NCBI RefSeq assembly: GCF_006345805.1
Contig: NC_043003.1
Coordinates: 59,706,001-59,770,000 of the forward strand
Direction: 5' to 3'
Length of the DNA: 64,000 bases
Source: Octopus sinensis
Lineage: Eukaryota
Part shown: in pieces, positions 41,224-54,415 of the stretch
Layout: each line of letters begins with the position of its first letter
Position numbering within the stretch: the first letter of the stretch is position 1
Program-made: the position numbers and the translations under genes
Notes under the pieces: generated by a model
What the model was told of the DNA's origin: nothing
Database searches by the model: none
What the model saw: only the letters and a program-made list of their open reading frames with translations

Positions 41224-41624
41224 GTGTGTGTGTATGTTTGTGCCCAACTCACTCCAAATCTTGAAAGCCGTATTGGCACCTGGTTCGATCGAGATCAATA
41301 GCAGCTATGGCAAGTGTCTCTTCCTCAATCAAAAACCATTCCAGGGCAATTTGGTCGACGAGAGATGTGCGAAGACCCTGATTATTTAATAGCGTATGTG
41401 CCATTGTAATAGGAATGGTGAACATTCAGACAATTTTTGATCTCAGAAAGAGTTGGTTCGTAGTCTATTAAATTAAATTAGAATTAAGTTTTTTCTCACT
41501 TATGCACAGCTGACAACATTATATCATATTTCTGTATTGTCTGCATATAACAGGGATCTTATGAAGTACGTTCTTTCGGGCTCTGATCTTACTCGGATAG
41601 TTTTGCTCTATTTCTCCCTTTTTA

Positions 41625-42136
41625 CAGGGTGACCCAGAAATATTTACCCATTGATATTTCTTAATTATTCAAAAAAAACTTAAGGTACAAAACTTAAGGC
41701 GCAGGAGTGGATGTGTGGTAAGTAGCTTGCTTACCAACCACATGGTTCCGGGTTCATTTCCACTGCATGGCACCTTGATGGTGGTTGTGGTGAGGCGGTG
41801 AGGTGGCAGAATCGTTACCATCCCGTTCTGAGTTCAAATTTCACCGATGTCTTTGCATTTCATCTGATATCGTTTCCAGGTATTCACTGTTTTACGACAC
41901 ACATTCAACACATTTAATATGTCCTTCTTACTCATTCCAGCTGTTTTCAAAGAGACAATCTGGCCACGTTTTGCTTTCGACACCACGTTTGTTTACAAAC
42001 TTGCTATAGACAAACGAAACGATAGATACATCAACAAAAGACATAAGCAAATCTTTATGTAAAATGTAGATAATTTCTGAACGGATGTACCTTTGGAAGA
42101 GTTTTAAACCTTGGTAAATCTTTTTGGGACATCCTG
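41625..42136. mobile_element. Possible Tc1/mariner-type MITE carrying two nested SINE fragments
   Basis: TA|CAGGGTGACCCAGAAATATTTACC at the left and GGTAAATCTTTTTGGGACATCCTG|TA at the right form imperfect 24-bp inverted ends. SINE heads lie inside at about 41699-41777 and 41790-41875. Confidence 0.45.
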
Positions 42137-42376
42137 TATATATTTGAGGGAAATGTTTGATTGAACTGTTGTTGTTTTAAGATAAATTCCATGTTTTCTA
42201 GAATCGCCTGCAGATTAGACACAAGAAACTCCCAATTGCAACCCACAACAGACTTAGCTTATAATAAGAATCATTTCACTGAGCCTAAAAGTATCGATTA
42301 ATTTCTTTTACGTAATTGCATTTCACACCAATGTACTGCTGCTGCTGCAACTACTACTACTACTACTACTACTACA

Positions 42377-42408
<32 letters not shown>

Positions 42409-43551
42409 ACTACTACTACTACTACTCTACTACTACTACTATACTACTACTACTACTACTACTACATATCCTGCTCGTTTTGATTTCATTTTTGCTCATT
42501 GCCTTATATATGTGTGCTTGTGTGCAAATATGGGCAAATATGTGCAAATATACACATATATAAATATGTGTATACACATACATGTGTGTATGTGTTTGTG
42601 TGTGTATGTGTTTGTGTGTGTATCTATCTACGAAGAAATAATTGTGCTGGTCACACAGAAGCGTATAAATTAGTGTTTGCGTGTAATCCTCAATGTTATA
42701 AATAAATGAATTATTCCTGGATTCCTGCCTTCAGAAGTAAATATACCATTGCAATCACTGGTGTTTCGTGGCATTAAAAACAAACGAACAATAGGTTAAA
42801 AACAAATAAGAAAACAAAAGAAAAACATCAGTTTATTTTGGTGAAGCGAATGGAAAGGAACAACCATGTAAAACTCTTTTAGCCCTTGAAGCAAATTCAA
42901 TAGAAAAATCTTTAAATAACCCCCACTCCTCCTTTAAAGTTCTGTTAATTAAAATAAGACATACTTTAATTATCTGGTTTTCAAAATTTCGATTTTTCTC
43001 TTCAAAATCTCGTTCAAAATCAAGTGATTGTCACGGGTAAATGATCTCCTTAGTTTGTATTCTCTTTTCGATGTAGTTTATTCTTTTTTTTTATATGCGT
43101 CCGGAATATAAGTGTTTTTTGTTATAGTTGTTGTTTTCTTCTTATTGTTGATGAGGGTGTTATTGTTGTTACTGGTTACTGTCGTTGCTTAGTCCAGTAC
43201 AACCTCAGTTCTGAATATAGATCTGTGAGGCAGAAAGTTCAAACCATGACAATCACCCTGTTATTTTATTTTATTTTATTTTATATGCATAACAATCTAA
43301 AGTTGGTCGATTGGCCGAGTCTTGAAATTATCTGTATGTGTCGTATTATTTGCTGCAGCGCACCTGATATAAGTTCAAGATCTCTGAGGGCTGAATTATT
43401 GTTTCGTTTTTTTAAACAATAGAGTTATTATTTTTCGGTGTGGTAGTGGACAGATGTGGTGTATCTTGACCTATATATGTTATTGCATGGAACCACCGAT
43501 TAAAAAAGTTGTACAACATGATTTAATAGAGTTTTGAGCAGCTATTCTTAA

Positions 43552-43774
43552 CCCATTAAGTCCCACTGTCCTATGAATAGGACACTAAATGAGAACATTA
43601 AAGAAGCTATATCACATTGTCTCAGTGTCCTATTTATAGGACACCGAGTATTTCCATTTCCACTTGAAGTAAAGGAGTTTTAATAATTATTTTTTTCATT
43701 TTAACCTATTTTCAATCATCTGTAAAAATTTAAAAGTAATATTCAAAAATGTAAGTACTCTGAGACTTAATGGG
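43552..43774. mobile_element. piggyBac-type MITE (223 bp)
   Basis: TIRs CCCATTAAGTC(c)CA / TGAGACTTAATGGG, flanked by TTAA (43548-43551) and TTAG (43775-43778). It carries two subterminal palindromes, gtcctatgaataggac and gtcctatttataggac. Confidence 0.75.
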
Positions 43775-44476
43775 TTAGACCAGCAGGAATTGTATATCTC
43801 GGACTATATTATCCTTCAAATATAAACACTTCCTTTTTAAAATAGTAGTGTTCGATTTGAGAGAGTCTTAGCTATTATTTTTAGCAGGTACACTTAATGT
43901 TTAGCATACTGATGTTGCTAAACATGTTTGTTGTTTCTGTTGTGGCTATTCTATTTTCAAAGCCATCGTTTTAATTAAATGATCATAATGTGTTATGGGG
44001 GATTTCTTTCATTTTCCTTCATCCGTTCTTATTTTCCTTTTGTACAATTCTGCCTGTCTTTTTTTCTTTCTATCTTTATTTTTACACCATTCTTTCTTAC
44101 CCTATCATTTTCTTTCTTTCTGTGATTCTTTCTCTTTTAATTTCCTACACTCAAATTTCTATCCTCCTTACTCTCTTTCTTTTCTCTCTTTATATTTATT
44201 TTCTAGTTTTCTCTGACTCTTTCTTGCTTTTCTATCTTTTCCTTCATTTTATTCACTTCTTTCTTTAATTCAGTCTTTCCTTCTAACTTCTTTTTCATTA
44301 CATTTCTTTCCTTTTTTCTTTCTCTCTATTTTTTGTATAGATCCCCTATATTCTCTCCTTCATTCATTTCAGTGTCTTCGCTCAACCTTTAATTATTTAT
44401 TTCCATCTCTATCTCTTTATTTCATTCTTCGATTCGTTCTTAATATATTTAGTTTACCTTCTCCTTCTTACAAACA

Positions 44477-44552
<76 letters not shown>

Positions 44553-44918
44553 ACTTTCTTTCTTTCTTATGTCTTATGCTGATCCAACAGCAACCCACCA
44601 ATAACTTATCACATAATAACCCAAATGAAACTTGCTAATTAACAAGAACTTAATGTGATACTATGTTGCGATGAAACATTTCAAATTACTCTAATTTATA
44701 TTAAGAAATGATTTCGTAAAAGGCGCTCTGAATATGTAACGTAAAATTTTATTTTGTTTTTATATTTGTAACACAAAAACATTCTGCTTGTTAGTCAATG
44801 TACCTAATATCACGCGTCAGACATGCATGTTAGAAGTTCCATGCGAAGGTATGACTGGGTTTATAGATGAAGATGCATGCATGTTTGTGTGTGTATATAT
44901 ATATATATATATACATAT

Positions 44919-45351
44919 TGTTGTATTTAGGAATGGTTATTTTGCCAGTTTAGCCAATAAAAACACACGCACTATATATTTGGTGTTACTTTGCTTCAGC
45001 GTTATTTAGCTTTTACATTAATCTTAATCTTATTTCGGCCAGAGTTCTTTCGTCACACTCCTGTGACCGCATCAGTGGTCCTTTGCTTTCTTCTTTCTTA
45101 TTTGTGTGTCTCTCCTTACTAACGGTCTTACTAATGGCTGACCGTTTGTAGGGAGAGACACACAAATAAGAAAGAAGAAAGCAAAGGACCACTGATGCGG
45201 TGACAGGAGGAGTGTGATGAAAGAACTCTGGCCGAAATAAGATTAAGATTAATGTAAAAAATAAATAAAGCTGAAGCAAAGTAACACCAAATATATAGTG
45301 CGTGTGTTTTTATTGTCTAAACTGGCAAAATGACCATTCCTAAATACAACA
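44919..45351. mobile_element. 433-bp fold-back MITE with TG...CA ends and ATAT flanks (Ginger-like by end structure)
   Basis: The left arm 44919-45127 is near-identical to the reverse complement of the right arm 45140-45351, with a 12-nt loop (ttactaatggct). Termini are TGTTGTATTT / AAATACAACA, with ATAT on both sides (44915-44918, 45352-45355). Confidence 0.8.
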
Positions 45352-45532
45352 ATATCTGTTTCAACACACGATTTTACATAAAAAATCCTGCAAAACAAAT
45401 ATATATATATATACATACATACATACATACAAACATACGTAGATATACATGTGTCTTCAAACGTGTGTGTGTGAGTTCGTGCGCATGCATTTTCATTTAT
45501 AAACCCAGTCATACATACATACATATACATAC

Positions 45533-45614
<82 letters not shown>

Positions 45615-46329
45615 TATGTTCGATATTCTTACTTTTCGTTTATTTATTTCACAGCGGCTGTGTCCATAGATCCATAAAATGACGTCCTCGGACGAAATTC
45701 TTAGAAAGAACGGATTCATTTTTACATCATGAATTTTTAGTTTCTTTAGTTACCTCAAAAAATACTTTTAGATATTGTAGTTTTTCTAGTTTATAATTTA
45801 GTTCCTTGTAGAGATCGTATTATACTTCCTAATGTATTCACTACTTTGTTGCGACAAAGTATTTTGTTCGTGTATAAATGTCCTCGACTTCTTTCAGTGC
45901 ACCATTCCCGTTTCTTTGGAAGCAATCCTCTTTTTACAAATGCTATTCATAGTAAAAATTTAGAGCCAGTATTTTTGAACGCTAGTTTAGTAACGATATG
46001 TCGCAGAAACATATCGATGACCCGGAAAGTTTACTGAAATTGTATAAGCGCAGAGGTCGAATTAATCGACTATTCCACTCACGCAAAATTTAAGGACATT
46101 CGCCTTTAACAGAAAGAATTATTATTATTTTTTTTACGAGTGATTATATTTCGATGTAACAATTTATTTCAATGTTTTTAAATCCTCCGTCCCCCACCAC
46201 AAATATTTCATATCTCAGATTATTATATTTCACATTTCCCATTCTGTTTGCCTTCTTTAATAAACCTCACATGACCTCTCTGTTCATTACCAGCTTCTGC
46301 CGTTATTAATGATCTTTCTAATTATCATT

Positions 46330-46860
46330 GCTGACAACAAATATTAGCTACCCTGATCCGCATATTGACATCACCGATACCAACACCACCACCTCCTCCT
46401 CCATTGAGTTAATACTTTCAACATCACATTCATTCGATCCTCAGCATCATCTTCCTTCTCTCCTTCATCATCTCATCATTATCATTCCATCATCATCATT
46501 GTTATTCCATTATCATCAACATTCTCCTTACTATCACTACCACTATCATCATCATCATCCCTCATCCAATAATCATTATTCCATCATCATCATCACTATT
46601 ATCTCATCGTCATTCTATCAGCATCATCAGCATCCTCCACCTCTTCATCCTCGTCATCATCATTATCATCCTTTCCATCTTTATTATAATCACATCATCG
46701 TCGTCGAGGTCGTCCTCCTCACCATCATCTTCACCACTACCGTCGCCATTTTCAGATTACTAATAGCAGCTAACACTTCTTTTATTTGTCAACACCCATC
46801 ACCACCAGCTGCACATCTAACACCATCATCTACCACCACTACTACCACTATTGATGTAGT
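46330..46860. repeat. Degenerate (CAT)/(CAC) low-complexity tract; a similar (ACC)/(ACT) tract lies at about 47870-48410
   Basis: Decayed trinucleotide repeats account for the 181-aa and 166-aa ORFs. There are no domain motifs. Confidence 0.85.
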
Positions 46861-46864
46861 CTTC

Positions 46865-47255
46865 AAATTTTGACACAAGGCCGACATTTATTTTGGTGGG
46901 GGCTGCAAGTCGATTGCATCAACCCCAGTGTTCAACTGATACTTATCTTATCGAACCCAGAAAGGATGAAAACCTAAGTCAACCGCAGGTGGCGTTTGAA
47001 CTCAGAACGTAAAGCCGGAAGAAATGCCACTTTTTCCGGAGCAGTAAAGCTTCTGCCAGCTCACCGCCTGACCACCACCACCACCACCATTAGCATTGGG
47101 TTGAAATCTTGGCACAAGGCCTGCAAGTTCGGGGGTGGTGTGGTGGGAAATGAATTATGTAGAACCCCAGATTTCAACTGGTACTTATTTTTTTGACTCC
47201 GAAAAGATGAAAGGCGAAGACATCGGTGAAATTTGAACTCAGAACGTAAAGCCGT
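46865..47255 (-). mobile_element. Two tandem SINE family B copies
   Basis: Units at about 46865-47069 and 47100-47255, both with gaaaggatgaaa/gaaaagatgaaa...tttgaactcagaacgtaaagcc. Confidence 0.75.
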
Positions 47256-47423
47256 TCCTACTTCAGCCACAAAGCCACCGTTTTCGGGATGAGGATAACA
47301 ACGTAGCTTTCCGTGCAACCGCCAGTCTATCGCGTGTGGTGGGTGGATCTTCAAGTTGCCACGTGCATTCTTAGTAGGCTCGAATTAGAGATTATTCTTT
47401 GTGGCTAATGGCGTGAGTCCTGA

Positions 47424-47424
<1 letters not shown>

Positions 47425-47454
<30 letters not shown>

Positions 47455-47514
47455 AAGAAGAAGAAGAAGAAGAAGAAGAAGAAGAAGAAGAAGAAGAAGA
47501 AGAAGAAGAAGAAG
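47425..47514. repeat. Pure (AAG)30 microsatellite
   Basis: 90 bp uninterrupted; it explains the poly-K and poly-L ORFs in the track. Confidence 0.97.
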
Positions 47515-48695
47515 ACAACCAATTCCATCGCTGTCGCCGTCGCCATCCAACCGATTAACATTATAAAAAAGTTTTATTGCTATCAGAAAGAGTACAGTGA
47601 AAAAACCTGTTCGTTTGCCAAAAAGAGCAGCCAAATATTCCTCATCACTTTCTGGCACACACATATGCAACATACCCGAACTGCACCTTCTGGATATAGG
47701 AAAGGACGCCAATGGGGACTTTTATCGTCTGAGAACAAAAAAAAAAAAAAAACAGCAAAAAATTGATTGATTAACCATGATTGATCATGTGTGCTTTTGA
47801 TCAGTTTTTCTTCGCCAAGCTTGACCTGGGACTAAACAACAAGAACAACAACGAGAATTTTATAATAACATCAGCATCATGATCATCAGCAACAATGATA
47901 GTCTATTGCAATGTTTACTACTGTTTCATTGAAAAACAAAAACACACTGAACACCAACGCAACCACATCAACAGCCATAAGTGTTATCATCACCAATATC
48001 ACATTGTAACTATCAGAAGCAACCAGCAGCGGCAGCAGTAGCACCACCACCACCACCACCACCACCACCACTACTACTACTACTAGAATTTTCCCTACCA
48101 CCACTACTGCTATCACTAGCGCTGCTGGTGCTACTATTACTGCTACCACCACCATCACTACTACTACTACTACTACTACTACTAAACTCACCACCATTAC
48201 CACTACTACTATCACCACCATCACTACTACTGCAAAAACACCTAAGCTGCTGCTGCTACTACTACTGCTACTGCTACTACTTCCACCGCCACACCACCAT
48301 CACTACTACTACTACTACTACTACTACTAAACTCACCACCATCTACATCACCACCCTCCCCATCACCACCATCACTACTACTACTACTACTACTAAACCG
48401 ACCACCACATGTGACAAAACTACAAAAAAACTACACTCTTCGCCAGCCACATCTTCCAGCAGCAACACCGCACCGACTTAATACCTTTGTAATCGTGGTG
48501 TGAATATAACAAAATTAGATGTGTTCACAAGATTAAAATTAAGTTAGTATCAATTTATTTTCAAAATGTCTGCAGGAATTTTTAAAATGTCTTCAGCCTA
48601 ACGTTCTGCCAGCAATGAAGTAAATGAAGAGATTGGCATTATTTTTACGTGTTAAACCGATCATCTTTCGAAATCAGCTCAATCTAGGAAGATAC

Positions 48696-48733
<38 letters not shown>

Positions 48734-48904
48734 TACAAACTTTGATACATCATCGGTTTTCTCACTTTGTCACTTTCCTTTGTTTTTCTTTTCTTTTTTT
48801 CCTCTGACATTTTACTCCCCTACGATCTCTCATTCTCTTTCTTTCCCCTCTTTTCTCTCTGATTTTCTCTCTGTTGTTCTTTCATGGCTTTGCCTTATAT
48901 CTGA

Positions 48905-49290
48905 TACAGTCATTGCACTGCGTTCACACTGGAGCACCGCCTTGAAGGGTTTTAATCGAATAAATCGACCCCCAATACACGTTATTTTAAAGTCTGATAC
49001 TTGTTTGTTCTATTTGTCCTATTTTGCCGAACCGTTAATTTACTAGGACAGGTTGGGAAAAGTGGGTAGGGGAGAAATATCAAACAACACAATCATAAAC
49101 AAACACACACACACACACACATACACACACACATATATATACGACGGGCTTTTTAAACTTTCCATCTACCAAATCTGTTCACAAGGCCTTCGTTAGCCTG
49201 GGGCTTATAGTAGAAGATGTTAAGATATTTGCCTAAGGTACCGTTCAGTGGGACCGAACCCAACACTGTTTGGTTGGGAGGTAAACCTTT
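48905..49290 (-). mobile_element. SINE family A, diverged copy
   Basis: ctggagcaccgcc...ttttgccgaaccg...(CA)n...acgacgggct...ctaccaaatc...cagtgggaccgaaccc. Confidence 0.75.
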
Positions 49291-49374
49291 TCGTTCCTTC
49301 TCGTATGGAAGGTGACCTGTAATTATATTGTTTTCATATATATCTCAGGGGTACCAATTCATACCTCAATTCTG

Positions 49375-49570
49375 ATTTACACACAAGGCCAGCAACTTAG
49401 AGTGTAGGACACGAGTCGAAAACATCGACTCCAGTGTTTGACTGGTACTCTACTTTATTGAACTCAGAGACATGAAAAGTTAAGGTAACCTCGACTGAAT
49501 TTGAACTCTGAACGTAAAGACCGGAAAGAAACGCCGTAATAAATTTTGCTGGACACTCAAACGATGCTAC
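49375..49570 (-). mobile_element. SINE family B, diverged
   Basis: acacaaggccagcaac...actggtact...tttgaactctgaacgtaaagac. Confidence 0.7.
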
Positions 49571-51470
49571 CTGTTCAGCGTGCCCAAGTCCTCGGGGAAC
49601 CTAGCGTGGCAGACCGATAACGAGTATAAAGGATCATACCAGTTGCTTCTATTAGAAGCAGCTTCGTACATCTACCCTCGTTTATCACGGGTGCTCGCTT
49701 CCAAAATATAAGTGTTAAATGAATCATTGATAAGGGTATAATTGAACGTGTAGGAAAAATAGGTTTCGTTCTGTGATCACAAATTATTCTGAGCATTGGA
49801 ATCCCAGACTGTACTGAGCATTGTAGCTGGTCATTGAGGCGTGTTTTTTCGGTCCAAACAGAAACTTTTTGACTGATGACCGACTCGTATTGTTGCACTT
49901 CAATTCATGATATGGGAAGCATGATTCACAGATGAACGTTCTGTATTATCATTGATTAGTGATGAATGAATCGGGGATAGACGTGGATAGATGTACATTT
50001 TTACTTTGTTCATTCTTTGGGCAGCAGCCATACTGAGGCCAGGCCTTCAAGGATTTAAACTCTTATGTATTTGACATCTGTTATGTATCGCATCATATCT
50101 TTTTGCCTAACCACTAAGTCAAGAGAACGTAAACAAACCAACATCAGTTTACAATTGGAGTGCAGAAATAAACTCAAATACACACACATAAACACACATA
50201 TATTTGAGGGGCTTATTTCAGTTTCCGTCAACCAAATCCATTCCCGATGCTTTGGTCGGTCTAGGACGATAATAGAAGACACTAGCCCCAGGTTCTATGC
50301 AGTGGGATTGAACGCGACACCCTGTGATTCGGAAGCTAACTTCTATCCACTCATCCGCACCTGCACCTTTAGTTGTTCATGTTATAATTAGCATTGTTAT
50401 GTTTTTAATACATATGTTTAAGTAATGCTAATATGATAATTGATACGTCGGGACAAGGAGATTCTCAAATTTGTAGGAGATGCGAAGATAAAAAGAAAGA
50501 AAGAAAACCTTCAACAAGAACTAAATAAAAGCAGATTGGGTGATGTTCATGCCAAATACAAAGGCATTTAAGCTATGGAGCTGAAACAAAATGAATTTGA
50601 ATAGGAATGGAAATCGTGTTGTGAACTTAGCGGCTCACCGACAAAATGATAGATTTTTATAGCTGTTTATATTTTCAAACATCAACACCCATTATGGTTT
50701 CTGCTACATCCGGCTAAGATGTGACTGTCGACCATTTGTGACAGGTCACATGAGAGGATAGTATTTGTCAGTAACGATTATGTTATAATCGCCATTGTGT
50801 TCTAATCTGGCCCACTCTGACTTACACACACGCACACACACACACACATACGCGCACGCACACGCATACATACATACGTACGTACATACATACATACTTA
50901 TACACATGCATGTAAGCATACGTATATGTGTATAGAACAAGAGGAAGAAAAGCGAATGTCACATGAGAAGAGAAGTCAAGAGTTGAGCTGTTGTCAATCT
51001 ATTGGCAAGAACCCTTTCCAGTATTTCACGTCAGTCGACTGTCTATTATAGTGAATTTCTTCTGACAAAGTAGTTCAGTCAATACTTTGACCTCATCAGG
51101 TCAACGGACTTGAGGAAGAGAGAAAAGAAGGAAACCGCGCCGTAGTAAGAGAGAAACATGAGCAGGAAAAGCTCCCAACGTACAGTGTAAATGCATAGCA
51201 AAATTCATACATGGTAAAAACGCATACCACGCGCTCACACACACACAAACTCCCGCATCAATACATGCACAAGTTTGCGGACACTGTGCGTGTATGTATT
51301 TCTGCGTGTGTGTGTACGCGTGAGTCTGGGTGTTGATAGATCGATAGATTGATAGCTAGATATACGCATAGGTTGACTGACAAACACACAGTTAGATAGA
51401 CTAGTAGATAGTAGATTTTCGGTGGGTAGTATTGAGTGTTCCAAAACAATTATTTACTGAAAGATGCGTT

Positions 51471-51547
<77 letters not shown>

Positions 51548-51883
51548 TGAGTGTATTTTTACCTTGTTATATATATATATACATATATATAAAGGGAGAA
51601 TGTAGAGAGAGAATGAGAGAGAGAGAGCTTTGTTTTATATATATCTGTTAGCATGTTTACGGCCGACATATGCTTTGCAGACAAACAGTTTAGTTAAAAA
51701 AAAGAAAATTGTGATAAAGGATATCTGGTACTTAGTGCGCATGTCATGAACTCCATTAAAGTGCTGGTTATTACGCTCAATCGGGCGTGTATTTTGAATT
51801 CATCTCAAAAGACGTTTTTTAAATGAAGATGCATGAGAGAGATACATTATCAAGAACTGTGCGCGTGTACGAATAACCTAGTT

Positions 51884-51914
<31 letters not shown>

Positions 51915-52178
51915 CTGATTGTTTATACACACTCAAACATACTCACACACGCGCGGCCGCACCTTTGAGCATGCGTGTCGTGGTGATGGTGGTGGTGTGT
52001 AAAAAATTTTTTAATAATGTTTAAATTTTTTACGTTTTCATGTGCGTTTCGTCTATTAAGCCGAAATACATCCTTATAGTATGCATGCAGACACGCATGC
52101 AGACACACACATACATGCAAAAATGCGTATAATACATGTATACGCATTTGTGTGTGTGTGTGTGTGTGTGTATGTATA

Positions 52179-52235
<57 letters not shown>

Positions 52236-52238
<3 letters not shown>

Positions 52239-52363
52239 CCTGTGTGTATATACACACATTCTCGCACACATATTTATCTTTTTGTAGACCTAGGATTCAT
52301 ATAAGATCGGTTTTCCGGTTGCAATGGCACATAAGTGACCTGGATCACAGCACTCCTTCCCGC
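52236..52363. repeat. About 128-bp dispersed direct repeat, copy 1 (copy 2 at 59180-59308)
   Basis: acgcctgtgtgtata...cacattctcgcacacatatttatctttttg...cctaggattcatataagatc.gttttccggttgcaatg...gtgacctgg...gcactccttcccgc occurs at both loci. Confidence 0.9.
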
Positions 52364-52384
52364 CCTGAATGTGACGCTAATTCG

Positions 52385-52580
52385 TTGTATAAATGAAGGT
52401 CAACAATTTCTGAGGGGAGGGTCAAGTCGATTACATCGCCCCTAATAATTGAGTGTACACTGGGTGGGTGAAAGTTTAAGTTATCTTCGGTGGAAATTGA
52501 ACTCAGAACGAAAAGTCCCGAAAGAAATGCTAAGCATTTTGTGCAATGTGTTAACAATTCTACCAACTTGCCGCCTTCAT
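52385..52580 (-). mobile_element. SINE family B
   Basis: caagtcgattacatcgccc...ttgaactcagaacgaaaag...gctaagcattttg...ccaacttgccgccttca. Confidence 0.75.
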
Positions 52581-52687
52581 ATATACGAGCATGTACATTT
52601 GTTAGTTATAAATCGGAATTTTATGTGATTGTTAGTGTATATACCCTGTTTGTTACAGGGTATATCGGATATGAAGAAAAAATAATA

Positions 52688-52902
52688 TTTACACACACCG
52701 CTAAAATTTCCACTTATTTCTTTTTTATTTTTCTAAAATTTTCGTGGCGTCTTGCAACTTTTTCAAAAATCAAAACTATTGAAGAGGTTGCAAGACGCAA
52801 CGAAAATTTTGGAAAAATGAAAAAGAAACAAGTGGAAATTTTACCGGTGAGTGTGTTAATTATGAGGCACCAAAAGAGAATTATTCTCCTCAGACACAAC
52901 AG
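52688..52902. mobile_element. Second copy of the 22.2-kb fold-back MITE, outer left arm missing
   Basis: Same hairpin core (ttttctaaaattttcgtggcgtcttgcaac / gttgcaagacgcaacgaaaattttggaaaa) and same right end (gagaattattctcctcagacacaacag). Confidence 0.7.
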
Positions 52903-53884
52903 GATATGCTTCATCACAAGAACTCACATAAAGAATCTTGCAAGACTAATCCCAAAACGAAATAGAATATTTACAATTTTAAAAATTTCTTGAATTCAAA
53001 AGTATAGAGTCAAAAAGCGTTCTGTGTTATCCGCGATTTAATCTTTTACTTGCTGCGTTGTCCGGTGATCGCGGAGTCTCTTCTGGTTGAACCGCTATTT
53101 ATCCACACTGAAAGGCCAGCTCACCGATACTGCGTACATATGATAAGAAGCTTACAGGAAAGAATGAATGGTAAGATAAATGCCCCAAGTTGAACAAACC
53201 GACAGGAAACCTTGTGTTAGAGCAAGATCTAGATAGTTGGATTATATAGTCTCAGTTGATCCTACGTAGTAATCTAGTCGGAAAATGTGATGGGTTTTTT
53301 TTCTGGTAGAACCAGATGGAGGAGGTGCCTGAGGATTCTAACCTTTCGACCCTTCCAGGAACAGTGGGCGAAGATGGGTAGATGGACAGACTTCCGGAAT
53401 GGTTCTCAAGTATAGTCGGTATTATTGAAGACTTACACAGAAATGTAGTGCAATAAGGAATACGAAAATCGATAGGAATCTCCATTAGTTGATTTGCTGC
53501 AATTGTTCTTGGGATTCTACATCCTACTGATCGTATTCAAATGGTTCTCATTTGACGGTGGACTAAATTACTACATTATATTGCAAGAGTCGTAGAATTA
53601 TATTGATGAGGACGATCTAAGAGTAAAACCATATTGACTTTCTAGGAAGTTCTATGCAGGGTAATTATTTTCTATTACAATCAGTTTTAAAGAGGTCTTT
53701 CAGTCTTACTAAGAATATATAAAATCGAAATATCAATATTAATTGTTGAAATAACTAATTAATTTATTAATCTCGAAATGATTAGCTGGGTAGCTTGTTA
53801 GCTGGGGGGGGGAGTTGTTTTTAAATACTATCTATATTTACTAGGATAGACGTGTTTAGTGTAGGTGTGTCTATACATACATAC

Positions 53885-53958
<74 letters not shown>

Positions 53959-54075
53959 ATATGAGTGCTTACCGATTATACCAACTTACTCATGCATATA
54001 TGTATGTCTGCGCTTGTCAGAACAGACCAATTGAAGAACCAAATTTTAAAATGGTACCCTGTTGTTCACCTAAAC

Positions 54076-54415
54076 CAGTGGTTCTCAACTATTTTTCATG
54101 TCTGGATCCCTTTGATGACTATTTTATTCTGGTGGCCTGCTCCTCCCACCCATAGCCATTCAATGTTCAAAATCTAGTTTTAGAGAAACTTCTTTCAAAC
54201 TTCCTATCTCGTATTTCATATATTAACATGTGTAGACTGTACTATGTAAAGTGGTAGAGAAAGAGACCTACCTGTTTTTCGTAATACATACAAATACATA
54301 GATCTAAAGCAAAAGCTTTTCAGTGGCACTTAAAATAGTTTTGTAGATTCCCAATATAATATTTTGTTGCGTGGACCCCACAAAATCTTATGTTGACCTC
54401 GGTTGAAAACCACTA
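54076..54415. mobile_element. hAT (Charlie-like) MITE, decayed
   Basis: Left end CAGTGGTTCTCAAC; right end GGTTGAAAACCACTA. The 8-bp flanks acctaaac / gactaagc share a CTAA core. Confidence 0.65.

Noticed and set aside
46328-48481. 181-aa and 166-aa His/Pro/Leu/Thr-rich ORFs
   Set aside because: They are explained by degenerate CAT/ACC/ACT repeats.
53040-53620. GC-richer unique island with short open frames and a donor-like AATG|gtaaga
   Set aside because: There is no matching acceptor and no recognisable protein motif. It may be an old repeat relic.
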